From positions 164,063-228,062 of the forward strand of contig JAGBCB010000010.1 in NCBI GenBank assembly GCA_017938145.1: DNA of 64,000 bases, written 5' to 3'. Source of the stretch: Lachnospiraceae bacterium (GTDB taxonomy: Bacteria > Bacillota > Clostridia > Lachnospirales > Lachnospiraceae). Position 1 is the first letter of the stretch; every line of letters begins with the position of its first letter. Of the stretch, positions 1 through 9,308 are shown piece by piece. The position numbers and the translations under genes are program-made. The notes beneath the pieces were generated by a model. That model was not told where the DNA came from, did no database searches, and saw only the letters and a list, made by a program, of their open reading frames with translations.

Positions 1-806
1 AAACCACGGTTGCTTTACATATGGTTGCAGAAATCCAAAAGCGTGGCGGCATTGCCGGCTTTATCGACGCAGAGCATGCTCTTGACCCTGTATATGCAAA
101 AAATATCGGTGTAGATATCGACAATTTATATATTTCCCAGCCGGATAACGGAGAACAGGCTCTCGAAATTACAGAAACTATGGTGCGTTCCGGTGCAATT
201 GATATTGTTATCGTAGACTCTGTAGCTGCACTGGTTCCAAAGGCAGAAATAGAAGGAGATATGGGTGACTCCCATGTGGGTCTTCAGGCGCGTCTTATGT
301 CTCAGGCGTTAAGAAAGCTTACTGCAGCCATCAGCCGTTCCAACTGTATTGTTATTTTTATCAATCAGCTCCGTGAAAAGGTTGGTGTTATGTTCGGTAA
401 CCCTGAAACAACCACAGGCGGCCGTGCCTTAAAGTTTTATTCCTCTGTCCGTTTAGATGTAAGAAGAATCGAATCCTTAAAGGCAGCCGGTGAAGTTGTA
501 GGTAGCCGTACCCGTATTAAAGTTGTTAAAAACAAGGTGGCTCCGCCTTTTAAAGAAGCAGAATTTGATATTATGTTCGGTAAGGGCATTTCCAAAGAAG
601 GAGATATTTTAGACCTTGCCGCTAATGAAAATATCATTGTAAAGAGTGGTGCCTGGTTTGCATATAACGATGCAAAAATCGGTCAGGGCCGCGAAAATGC
701 TAAACTTTATTTAAAAGAAAATCCTGAAGTAATGGCAGAAGTAGAAAATAAAGTCCGTGAAAAATTTGGTTTGAACGGTGCAGCAAAGGACGAGGCAGAA
801 GAATAA
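1..806 (+). CDS. recA: Recombinase RecA, 5'-truncated by the window edge
   Basis: Frame is open from nt 3. Translation [38 protein letters not shown]...[39 protein letters not shown] is the invariant RecA core, with an acidic C-terminal tail. recX follows. Confidence 0.97.
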   Translation, partial: TTVALHMVAEIQKRGGIAGFIDAEHALDPVYAKNIGVDIDNLYISQPDNGEQALEITETMVRSGAIDIVIVDSVAALVPKAEIEGDMGDSHVGLQARLMSQALRKLTAAISRSNCIVIFINQLREKVGVMFGNPETTTGGRALKFYSSVRLDVRRIESLKAAGEVVGSRTRIKVVKNKVAPPFKEAEFDIMFGKGISKEGDILDLAANENIIVKSGAWFAYNDAKIGQGRENAKLYLKENPEVMAEVENKVREKFGLNGAAKDEAEE

Positions 807-836
807 AATATCTAAAATGATATATGGTTAAACTTA

Positions 837-868
837 ACTGCCACAGGAAAATCCTGTGGCAGTTTTTG
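837..868 (+). terminator. Rho-independent terminator/attenuator between recA and recX
   Basis: Stem ACTGCCACAGG / CCTGTGGCAGT with loop AAAAT, followed by a T-run. Confidence 0.7.
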
Positions 869-884
869 TCGTAGGAGAAGGTCA

Positions 885-1385
885 ATGGATAAAGAAAGTA
901 ACGATCAAATTTTAGATGAAAAGGAGCTTTTGATTAAAGGTAAAAAACGTGCATTACGTCTTTTAGAACGCAAGGATTATTCCAGAAAAGAATTATCGGA
1001 TAAGTTAAAAAAAGATGGATATGCAGAAGAATTAGTGGAAAAAATCATAGAATATATAGACAGTTACCATTATTTAGATGATATTCGTGTAGCAGGAAGT
1101 TATATCCGCAGCAGAATGGGATATAAAAGTAAGCGGGAACTGGAGTACATGTTAAAGCAGAAAGGAATCAGGGAAGAAGAAATTGATTCTGCAATGGAAG
1201 AAAACTATAAAAATGATGATAATATTCCCCAGGAGGAAGTAGCAATCCGTAAATATCTTCAAAAATTTCATGTGGATGAAGATTCGTTTTATGACTTATC
1301 CTTTGAAGAAAAACAAAAAATTGCAGCTAAGCTTTATAGGAAAGGATTTGCTTCAGAAAAAATCAGAAAAATACTTCAAATGTAA
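885..1385 (+). CDS. recX: Regulatory protein RecX
   Basis: 166 aa. Sits immediately downstream of recA. The RALRLLERKDYSRKELSDKL... helical-repeat pattern is typical of RecX. GGAGAAGG lies upstream of the ATG. Confidence 0.85.
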   Translation: MDKESNDQILDEKELLIKGKKRALRLLERKDYSRKELSDKLKKDGYAEELVEKIIEYIDSYHYLDDIRVAGSYIRSRMGYKSKRELEYMLKQKGIREEEIDSAMEENYKNDDNIPQEEVAIRKYLQKFHVDEDSFYDLSFEEKQKIAAKLYRKGFASEKIRKILQM

Positions 1386-1407
1386 GGAAAAAGTAACAAT
1401 TGTAAGT

Positions 1408-1436
1408 TTGACATAATATTTGCGCTGTGTTATCAT
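1408..1436 (+). promoter_or_regulatory. Sigma-A type promoter upstream of the surface-protein gene
   Basis: TTGACA, 17 nt spacer, TATCAT, with TGT directly upstream of the -10 (extended -10). Confidence 0.5.
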
Positions 1437-1472
1437 TTAGGTTGGAATGTTTTAAGTAAGAGGGAATAAACT

Positions 1473-3176
1473 ATGAAGCGTAATAATTTGCTGACAGCAC
1501 TTATAGCAGTAATCAGTTTATTGCTGATTGTTGTAACTGTTTTTATAGTATTGCTTTGTTCTCGTGTTAAAAAAGAATATAGTATAGACCTTGGTCAGAG
1601 TATTTCGGCAGAAGATTTTAAAAGATATTCCTGGGATAAGGGAAGTTTTGTTTGGATAGAACAGCCTGACGTAACATCCGAGGGAGAAAAAAAGGGTAAG
1701 ATACAGGTATTTCCGATTACTTATTCTGTTACTGTTAATGTGAAGAATCAAAGTTCTACAGAGATTACGGATACTCCGACAATTACACCTGAGCCAACAG
1801 CAGTTCCGGTTTTGGATGTAACTGCTCCGGAAGTAATTGTTAAGGATGTTTTTGTATTCGCAGAAGATTATAATTTTTCGGAAATATTACCGGAACAATT
1901 TATTTCTGAAGTAAAGGATGAGTCTTCTTATCAAATTCATGCACTAACGAAACCGGAAGAGGTAAAGAACGGATATAATACAGTTCGTATTAGTGTAACT
2001 GATGCTGCAGGTAATTCTACAGAATCAGAAGCTACGCTTACCATTATAAATTTAAAGAAATCATTAGTTGTGGAGCTTGGCAGTGAATTTCCGGAAGCTG
2101 TTCAATTTTTATACGGCACAGGCAGTGAAGTTTCGTTTATTACGGATGTCAGTACTGTAAATATTATGACAGAAAATATCCTTCAAATTCAACTCTTAGT
2201 GGATGGAATAGAAGGTACATCTACAGTCTATATTAAAGATACAACCCCGCCAAAGCTTGTGCTTTCTAAAGCGGAAACCTGGTTAAATAAACCGATAGAA
2301 CCAAAGAACTTTGTGGATTTTAATGAGTCATCGGATAATTCTGATGCATTTGAAATTGCTTATGCTGCGGAACCTGATTGGTCGATAGAAGGGGAACAAC
2401 CGGTAAACATTATAGCGACAGATGCATCAGGAAACAGTACTACGAAAGAAACTGTTTTGCTTGTAAAAAAAGATAATAAAGCGCCCGTTGTTTCTGTAAC
2501 GGATATTGATGTAAAAGTCGGTGGCACAGTGTCTTATAAAAAGGCTGTCAGCTATTATGACGATATTGATTCTAAAGAAGAGATGAAGCTTTCCATCGAA
2601 CGGAGCGGAGTTAATTTAAAAGAAGTAGGAACTTATGATGTTACTTATACGGTAACGGACTGTTCCGGTAATTCTACTTCGGTCACCGGAAAAATCAATG
2701 TATTGAATGAATCTCCGAAATGGGAAGATGTGGATGCAATCCATGAAAAAGCGCAGGGAATTTTAGATTCCATACTAAAGGATGGAATGACAGACAGAGA
2801 AAAGGCAAAAGCTATCTACGCTTGGATTAAAAATAATATTGGCTACATCAGCCATTCCGAAAAAGGAAATTATACACGTGGAGCTTATGAGGGCTTGTTT
2901 AAATATCAGGGAGACTGCTTTGTATATGCAGCCACGGCAAAAGAATTACTTACCTTGGCAGGAATCCAGAATATTGATATTGTAAAAGCTACAAAAAATC
3001 CATCTCATTATTGGAATTTAGTCTATATTGAAGATGGATGGTATCATTTTGATTCTACTCCGAGAAAAGATAAAAGTGAATTTTTCCTTTTGACCGATGC
3101 AGAGTTGGAAGCATATTCCTCAACCCACAAGAATACTCATATTTTTGACCGGAGTTTGTATCCGGAAATACAGTAG
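1473..3176 (+). CDS. Membrane-anchored surface protein with repeated Ig-like modules and a C-terminal transglutaminase-like (Cys-His-Asp) core
   Basis: N-terminal TM helix LLTALIAVISLLLIVVTVFIVLL. Several beta-rich modules open with DVTAPEV / DTTPPKL / DNKAPVV. The C-terminus carries GDCFVYA ... HYWNLVYIEDGWYHFDST, the transglutaminase-like core pattern. Confidence 0.7.
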   Translation: MKRNNLLTALIAVISLLLIVVTVFIVLLCSRVKKEYSIDLGQSISAEDFKRYSWDKGSFVWIEQPDVTSEGEKKGKIQVFPITYSVTVNVKNQSSTEITDTPTITPEPTAVPVLDVTAPEVIVKDVFVFAEDYNFSEILPEQFISEVKDESSYQIHALTKPEEVKNGYNTVRISVTDAAGNSTESEATLTIINLKKSLVVELGSEFPEAVQFLYGTGSEVSFITDVSTVNIMTENILQIQLLVDGIEGTSTVYIKDTTPPKLVLSKAETWLNKPIEPKNFVDFNESSDNSDAFEIAYAAEPDWSIEGEQPVNIIATDASGNSTTKETVLLVKKDNKAPVVSVTDIDVKVGGTVSYKKAVSYYDDIDSKEEMKLSIERSGVNLKEVGTYDVTYTVTDCSGNSTSVTGKINVLNESPKWEDVDAIHEKAQGILDSILKDGMTDREKAKAIYAWIKNNIGYISHSEKGNYTRGAYEGLFKYQGDCFVYAATAKELLTLAGIQNIDIVKATKNPSHYWNLVYIEDGWYHFDSTPRKDKSEFFLLTDAELEAYSSTHKNTHIFDRSLYPEIQ

Positions 3177-3190
3177 CAGAGGTTTGTAGT

Positions 3191-3904
3191 ATGAAAACAT
3201 TAGGAGTTATAGGCGGACTTGGTCCTATGGCAACCGCATATTTTATGCAGCTTGTTATTGAAATGACAGAAGCGTCTACAGATCAGGAACATATTCCGAT
3301 GATTATATATAATTGTCCGCAAATTCCGGACAGAACAGGATTTCTTCTTGGAAATACCAAAGAAAATCCCGGGCCGCAAATTATTGAATGCGGGAAAACG
3401 CTTGCCGAAGCAGGAGCAGAGCTTTTAGCAATTCCATGTATTACAGCCCATGCACTATTTCCGGAAATAGAAAAAGAATTAGAGGCACCGGTGCTTCATA
3501 TTATCCGTGAAACAGCAGAGTATCTAAAAAAAGAAGGAGTCCGGAAGGTTGGACTTGAAGCAACGGACGGAACAGTACAAACCGGAGTTTTTCAAAAGGA
3601 ACTGGAGCGCCAGGGAATTGAAGTAGTGCTTCCTTCCAAAGAAAAACAGGAAATGGTTATGCATATTATTTATAATAATGTGAAAGCCGGCCGGCGTGTT
3701 GATATGGAAAGATTTGAGCAAATAGAGGATGAGCTGCACAAAAAAGGTGCAGAAGTTATTATTCTTGGCTGTACGGAGCTTTCCATGGTAAGTCGTGATG
3801 AAAAAATCGGACATGGTTATTTAGATGCCATGGAGGTTCTTGCAAGAGCTGCAGTATTGCAATGCGGAAAATTAAAATCAAAGTATAACCGATTGCTGAC
3901 ATAA
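3191..3904 (+). CDS. Aspartate/glutamate-family amino-acid racemase (aspartate racemase-like)
   Basis: 237 aa. MKTLGVIGGLGPMAT N-terminus and both catalytic Cys motifs (IPCITAH, ILGCTELS). Starts 14 nt after the preceding gene. Confidence 0.8.
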   Translation: MKTLGVIGGLGPMATAYFMQLVIEMTEASTDQEHIPMIIYNCPQIPDRTGFLLGNTKENPGPQIIECGKTLAEAGAELLAIPCITAHALFPEIEKELEAPVLHIIRETAEYLKKEGVRKVGLEATDGTVQTGVFQKELERQGIEVVLPSKEKQEMVMHIIYNNVKAGRRVDMERFEQIEDELHKKGAEVIILGCTELSMVSRDEKIGHGYLDAMEVLARAAVLQCGKLKSKYNRLLT

Positions 3905-3936
3905 TTCCGGCAACCGTAAATTTAAGGAGAATGATT

Positions 3937-5451
3937 ATGCAAAATCATGTATTAGATTATTTAGACAGTACGGTAAAACGTGTGCCGGATAAGATTGCAT
4001 TTGCCAATGAGACAGATGCTTTGACATTTCAACAGGTTTATGACCAGAATCGTGCACTTGCGTCTTTTTTCATTAACAAAGGTTTATATAAAGAACCGGT
4101 AGTTGTTTTTATGAATAAGCATCCAAAAACAATTACGGCCTTTTTTGGTGTTATTAATTCCGGAAATTTTTATGTTCCGATTGATGAAGAAATGCCAAGA
4201 GTCCGTATTGATTTGATTTTAGATAATTTAAAGCCACGAGCAATCATTTGCGATGCTCAAACAGTCGAAATTGCAAAGGATTTTAAATTTGACGGCGAAC
4301 TATATTTATATGATGAGTTGATTCAGACTGCGGTAAACGAAGAGGGTCTTACAGATGTCCGTGCCAAGGCAATCGACACAGACCCAATTTATGTTGTGTT
4401 TACATCCGGCTCTACCGGTATTCCTAAGGGAGTAGTGGCATGTCATCGCAGCGTTTTGGATTACATTGAACAGTTATCCGAAACTTTAGAGTTTAATGAG
4501 GAAACCGTATTTGGTAACCAGACCCCGTTATATTTTGATGCTTGTTTAAAGGAACTTTACCCGACTTTAAAGTTCGGTGCAACCACATATCTGGTACCAA
4601 AGAGCTTATTTATGTTCCCGATTAAGCTGGTTGAATTTTTAAATGAACATAAAATTAATACTATTTGCTGGGTGGTATCAGCTTTAACTATGATTTCTGC
4701 CTTTGGAGCATTTAAAAAGGTGGTTCCGCAGTATCTTCATACCATTGCATTTGGTAGCGAGGTATTTCCGATTAAGCAGTTCCGTATTTGGAGAGAAACT
4801 CTTCCAAATGCAAAGTTTACCAATTTATACGGTCCAACCGAAGGTACCGGTATGTGCTGTTATTACAAGGTAAACCGTGATTTTGAGTTGGACGAGGCTA
4901 TTCCGGTTGGAAGACCATTTAAGAATACTGAAATCATTCTGCTTGATGAAAATAATAAAAGAGCAGCAGACGGTGAACCGGGTGAAATCTGTATCCGCGG
5001 CACATCTCTTACCATGGGCTACTATAATAATCCTGAAAAAACAGCAGAAGCTTTTGTACAAAATCCATTGAATACCGCATATCCGGAGCTGATTTACCGT
5101 ACCGGAGATATCGGAAAATATAATGAATACGGTGAACTTGTTTTTGTATCCCGTAAGGATTATCAGATTAAGCATATGGGTCATCGTATCGAGCTTGGTG
5201 AAATCGAAGTAAATGTAAATATGCTGGAAGAAATTAAACTTTCCGGTTGTATTTATGATACTGAAAAGGGTAAAATTGTTTTATATTACGTAGGTGATAT
5301 GGAGACCGGCGAGCTTACAAAGATTTTAAGGGAAAAGCTTCCTCGTTATATGATTCCAAACTATATAGAAAAGCTGGAAGAGATGCCGCTTACTCCAAAC
5401 GGAAAGATTAATCGTGTCTTTTTAAAAGAAAAATATAAAAAGGATCATTAA
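3937..5451 (+). CDS. DltA-family adenylating enzyme (D-aminoacyl carrier protein ligase-like)
   Basis: Adenylation motifs FTSGSTGIPKG, YGPTE, YRTGD, GRKDYQIKHMGHRIELGEIE and PNGKINR, at DltA-like size (~504 aa). The ATG at 3937 is preferred over 3931 because AAGGAGA ends at 3930. Confidence 0.85.
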   Translation: MQNHVLDYLDSTVKRVPDKIAFANETDALTFQQVYDQNRALASFFINKGLYKEPVVVFMNKHPKTITAFFGVINSGNFYVPIDEEMPRVRIDLILDNLKPRAIICDAQTVEIAKDFKFDGELYLYDELIQTAVNEEGLTDVRAKAIDTDPIYVVFTSGSTGIPKGVVACHRSVLDYIEQLSETLEFNEETVFGNQTPLYFDACLKELYPTLKFGATTYLVPKSLFMFPIKLVEFLNEHKINTICWVVSALTMISAFGAFKKVVPQYLHTIAFGSEVFPIKQFRIWRETLPNAKFTNLYGPTEGTGMCCYYKVNRDFELDEAIPVGRPFKNTEIILLDENNKRAADGEPGEICIRGTSLTMGYYNNPEKTAEAFVQNPLNTAYPELIYRTGDIGKYNEYGELVFVSRKDYQIKHMGHRIELGEIEVNVNMLEEIKLSGCIYDTEKGKIVLYYVGDMETGELTKILREKLPRYMIPNYIEKLEEMPLTPNGKINRVFLKEKYKKDH

Positions 5452-5455
5452 TCAT

Positions 5456-5484
5456 TTGACGAAATGGAAGAATTAGTCTACAAT
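5456..5484 (+). promoter_or_regulatory. Candidate internal sigma-A promoter in the 113-nt gap before the carrier-protein gene
   Basis: TTGACG, 17 nt spacer, TACAAT. Confidence 0.45.
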
Positions 5485-5564
5485 ATGTACTGTTAGAAGC
5501 GTAACACATGAACTAAATGTTGTTTTTGTGTTGTTTGAACAAAAAATTTAAGGAGCATATGATT

Positions 5565-5792
5565 ATGAACGAGATTATTGAAATTTTATCCGGTCTTCAT
5601 CCTGACATTGATTTTGAAACAGCTGATAATTTAGTAGACAGCAAAATTTTAGATTCCTTTGATATAGTATCTTTGATTGCTGAGATTAATGATAATTTTG
5701 ACATTGCTATTTCAGCAGAAGAAATTACACCTGAAAATTTTAATTCCGCGGAGGCTATTTGGAATTTAGTAGAGCGTTTGATGGAAGAGTAA
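5565..5792 (+). CDS. Aminoacyl carrier protein (DltC-like, phosphopantetheine-binding)
   Basis: 75 aa, acidic. The LDSFDIVSL motif carries the Ser attachment site. AGGAG lies 9 nt upstream of the ATG at 5565; the ORF-track start at 5517 looks like an over-extension. Confidence 0.8.
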   Translation: MNEIIEILSGLHPDIDFETADNLVDSKILDSFDIVSLIAEINDNFDIAISAEEITPENFNSAEAIWNLVERLMEE

Positions 5793-5810
5793 GAATAGGA
5801 CGGACAGGTT

Positions 5811-7406
5811 ATGTTATTTACATCATATGAATTTTTGTTTTTTGTGTTGGTAACCTGTGTCCTTTATTATGTAGTACCAAAAAAATGGCAGTGGATGTTG
5901 CTGTTACTTGCAAGCTATGTGTTTTATTTTCTTGCCGGCGCGTCTTATCTGCCATATATTTTTGTAACAACAGTATCAACTTACCTAATTGCAAGAAAAA
6001 TTACATCGTTGCAGACTGTTGTGGATGCATATATAAAGGAACATAAAAAGGAACTTTCCAGAGAAGAGAGAAAAGAATATAAAGCAAAGGAAAAAAAGAA
6101 GCAGTGGAAATTGCTTCTGCTTTGTTTGTTCATAAATATCGGAATTTTGGCTGTTTTAAAATACACCAATTTTGTAATTTCCAATGTGAATTCGGTTCTT
6201 ACTGTCTTTGGAAGCACAGCACGGGTAAAATTTGTGGATTTTGTACTTCCGATGGGTATTTCCTTTTATACCTTCCAGTCCATGGGATATTTAATTGATG
6301 TATACCGTGGTAAATATGAGGCAGAAAAGAATTTCTTCCGGTTTGCATTATTTGTATCGTTTTTTCCTCAGCTGGTACAGGGTCCTATCAGCCGGTTTGA
6401 TCATTTAGCGCAGTCTCTTTATGAAGAACATAAATATAATGCAACTACAGTAGCCTCCGGCTTGCAGAGAGTTTTATGGGGCTATTTTAAAAAGATGGTA
6501 ATCGCAGACCGTATGCTGGTTGCGGTGAATACACTTATCCAGAGTCCGGAAGAATATTATGGCGCGTACGCTTTTGCCGGAATGTTATTTTATGCTCTGG
6601 AGCTTTATGCAGATTTTACCGGCGGTATTGATATAACCATTGGTATAGCGGAAACTCTCGGCATCAAGGTAACCGAAAACTTCCACCGTCCGTATTTCTC
6701 CAAAAATATTAAGGAATACTGGAACCGTTGGCATATTACTATGGGCAGCTGGTTTACGGATTATATCTTTTATCCGATTTCTGTTTGCCAGCCAATGCTT
6801 AAGTTTTCACGCTTTTCCAGAAAGCATTTTGGTGAAATCATCGGTAAGAGAATGCCGGTATATCTTTCTTCCTTTGTGGTTTGGTTTACTACCGGTATCT
6901 GGCACGGAGCCAGCTGGAACTTTATTGTCTGGGGTCTCGGTAACTTTGTGGTTATCATGATTTCCCAGGAATTAGAACCTTTGTACCGTAAATTCCACAA
7001 AGCATTTCCAAAGGCAGACGGTGCGTTTGGATTTAAGGTGTTCCGTGTGGTAAGAACCATTTTGTTAATGAGCAGCTTACGTATGTTTGACTGTTACCGG
7101 GACGTTCCTCTTACTTTCAAAATGTTCGGGTCTATTTTTACAACCTGGAATTGGAATGTTTTATGGAACGGACAATTATTGGAACTTGGCCTGGAAATGA
7201 AAGACTATGTCATTTTGTTCCTTGGCATGCTTCTTCTGATTATTGTCAGTCTGGTACAGCGCAGCGGCTCTGTAAGAGTAAAAATCAGAAGCAAAGCTTT
7301 ACCGGTACGATTTGCTGTATGGTATGGTTTATTCCTTGTTGTACTTTTGTTCGGAGCTTATGGTGTCGGCTATGACGCCAGTCAGTTTATTTATAACCAG
7401 TTTTAA
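5811..7406 (+). CDS. MBOAT family membrane O-acyltransferase (AlgI/DltB-like)
   Basis: 531 aa and polytopic. EYWNRWHITMGSWFTDYIFYP and GIWHGASWNF are the MBOAT signature region, including the conserved His. Confidence 0.85.
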   Translation: MLFTSYEFLFFVLVTCVLYYVVPKKWQWMLLLLASYVFYFLAGASYLPYIFVTTVSTYLIARKITSLQTVVDAYIKEHKKELSREERKEYKAKEKKKQWKLLLLCLFINIGILAVLKYTNFVISNVNSVLTVFGSTARVKFVDFVLPMGISFYTFQSMGYLIDVYRGKYEAEKNFFRFALFVSFFPQLVQGPISRFDHLAQSLYEEHKYNATTVASGLQRVLWGYFKKMVIADRMLVAVNTLIQSPEEYYGAYAFAGMLFYALELYADFTGGIDITIGIAETLGIKVTENFHRPYFSKNIKEYWNRWHITMGSWFTDYIFYPISVCQPMLKFSRFSRKHFGEIIGKRMPVYLSSFVVWFTTGIWHGASWNFIVWGLGNFVVIMISQELEPLYRKFHKAFPKADGAFGFKVFRVVRTILLMSSLRMFDCYRDVPLTFKMFGSIFTTWNWNVLWNGQLLELGLEMKDYVILFLGMLLLIIVSLVQRSGSVRVKIRSKALPVRFAVWYGLFLVVLLFGAYGVGYDASQFIYNQF

Positions 7407-7423
7407 CAGAAAGGAAGCATGAT

Positions 7424-8500
7424 TTGGTGGAAGAAAAGAAAGAAAACAGAAGCCGTAAGGGGCTTACCTTCTGTCTGGTTGTGATAATTATTCTTGTTTC
7501 ATTATACATGCTGCAGCGTCTTTTGATGCCAAAGTATATGACAGGCATTGTAGAAGGTGCAATGATTGCTGAGTATTATGAGGAAGAACATGATCATGAT
7601 GTAGTATTTATCGGTGACTGTGAAGTATATGAAAATTTTACTCCTGCACTATTATGGGAGGAGTATGGCATTAACAGTTATATCAGAGGAAGTGCCCAGC
7701 AGTTAATCTGGCAGTCCTATTATTTGCTGGAAGAAACCTTAAAATACGAGACACCGGATGTAATTATATTTAACATTCTTTCCATGAAGTATAATGTTCC
7801 TCAGAATGAGGCGTATAACCGTATGACACTGGATGGTATGAAATGGTCAAAATCCAAGATTGATTCGATTAATGCGTCTATGATGTCCGATGAAAAATTT
7901 TTGGATTATGTATTCCCGATTTTGCGGTATCATACCAGAATTACCGAGCTGGAAAGAGACGATTTTAAATATATCTTTCATAAGGATAAAGTAACCTTTA
8001 ACGGTTATTATATGAGAGTAGACGAAAAACCGGCAGAAAACGTGCCAAAGGGAAGACCGCTGGCCGATTATTCTTTTGGTGAAACAGCTTATGAGTATCT
8101 TGATAAGATGACTGCTCTTTGTAAGGAAAAGGGTGTGCAGCTTGTTCTTATTAAAGCACCTAGTCTGTATCCGTACTGGTATGACCAGTGGGAAGTCCAG
8201 ATGGAAGAGTATGCAAAAGCAAACGATTTAGTGTATATCAACTTCTTGGAACTTATTGAGGAGTGCGGACTTGATTTTACAACAGATACTTATGACGGAG
8301 GATTGCATCTGAATTTATCCGGCGCACAAAAAACCACAAAGTGGCTGGGCGAATATCTGACAAAAGAATTAGGAATGCAAAGCCGCAGAGGTGAAGAACC
8401 GCTGGAAACTGTATGGGAGCAGAAACTTGCAGATTATTATACCGAAATTGACCGCCAGACAAAGGAATGGCAGGAAAAGCAGAATGGAGGAGAAAAATAA
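7424..8500 (+). CDS. Membrane-anchored SGNH/GDSL-like protein (DltD-analogous position)
   Basis: TTG start. N-terminal TM helix LTFCLVVIIILVSLYML. Block-I-like VVFIGDCEVYENF and block-V-like DGGLHLN. Sits directly after the MBOAT gene. Confidence 0.6.
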   Translation: MVEEKKENRSRKGLTFCLVVIIILVSLYMLQRLLMPKYMTGIVEGAMIAEYYEEEHDHDVVFIGDCEVYENFTPALLWEEYGINSYIRGSAQQLIWQSYYLLEETLKYETPDVIIFNILSMKYNVPQNEAYNRMTLDGMKWSKSKIDSINASMMSDEKFLDYVFPILRYHTRITELERDDFKYIFHKDKVTFNGYYMRVDEKPAENVPKGRPLADYSFGETAYEYLDKMTALCKEKGVQLVLIKAPSLYPYWYDQWEVQMEEYAKANDLVYINFLELIEECGLDFTTDTYDGGLHLNLSGAQKTTKWLGEYLTKELGMQSRRGEEPLETVWEQKLADYYTEIDRQTKEWQEKQNGGEK

Positions 8501-9082
8501 ATGAAAAAGTTAGTATTAGTTCTTTTAATGGCACTTATTGTTACCGGCTGCGGTAAAGAAAAAGCAGGAGATGATGCGAATAACAATCAGCCTACTCCTG
8601 TAGAAAGTCAGAACAACCAGGGCTCTGAAACAAAAGAGGATGGCAAGAATGATACAAATAAAGTAACTGAACCAAAGGGTTATGTTTTTGAATATAACGG
8701 TGTAAAAATCGGTATGGACATGGAGGCTGCTCCTATTATTACCGCTCTTGGTGAAGCCGATACTTATTTTGAAGCACCAAGCTGTGCTTTTGAAGGCCTT
8801 GATAAAACTTATGGTTACGGCAGTTTTGAAATTGATACGTATGAGCAGGATGGTAAAGATTATATTTCCACCGTGTTTTTCTGTGATGATTTAATTGAGA
8901 CACCGGAAGGCGTATGCTTATTTGAAACAAAAGCAGATATGATTAAAGCATATGGCGATGGTTTTAAAGAAGAGTTTGGCATGCTGGTATATGAAAAAGA
9001 TGGTATGAAGCTGAAATTTATCTTAGAGGGTGATGAAATCACTTCTATTGAGTATGCATCCACCGTACTGGATGTACAGTAA
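8501..9082 (+). CDS. Lipoprotein of unknown function
   Basis: Signal peptide with lipobox LIVTGC and a low-complexity linker. The ATG directly follows the stop of the preceding gene, which suggests translational coupling. Confidence 0.7.
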   Translation: MKKLVLVLLMALIVTGCGKEKAGDDANNNQPTPVESQNNQGSETKEDGKNDTNKVTEPKGYVFEYNGVKIGMDMEAAPIITALGEADTYFEAPSCAFEGLDKTYGYGSFEIDTYEQDGKDYISTVFFCDDLIETPEGVCLFETKADMIKAYGDGFKEEFGMLVYEKDGMKLKFILEGDEITSIEYASTVLDVQ

Positions 9083-9107
9083 TACAAAAACTAAATATTG
9101 GATACAC

Positions 9108-9153
9108 AGAAAGGGTCTGATATCATATTTTGTGATGCCGGACCTTCTTTTTT
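9108..9153 (+). terminator. Possible terminator ending the envelope-modification unit
   Basis: Imperfect stem AAGGGTC / GACCTT(C)T with a large loop, followed by a T-run TTCTTTTTT. Weak. Confidence 0.35.
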
Positions 9154-9199
9154 GGTTAAAATGTAGCAAAGATTGCTGGGATTTTGTGCCTTTTTACTA

Positions 9200-9228
9200 T
9201 TGCAATTATGATATTTTTCGGATATAAT
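9200..9228 (+). promoter_or_regulatory. Sigma-A promoter of the decarboxylase cluster
   Basis: TTGCAA, 17 nt spacer, TATAAT, about 80 nt upstream of the ATG at 9309. Confidence 0.55.
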
Positions 9229-9308
9229 TATATTGGCAGAAAATTGGACTTCGTGTAAGTGTTTACATGCGCGAAGGTGCTAAATATAAAAAGTATGGAG
9301 GCTAAGAA

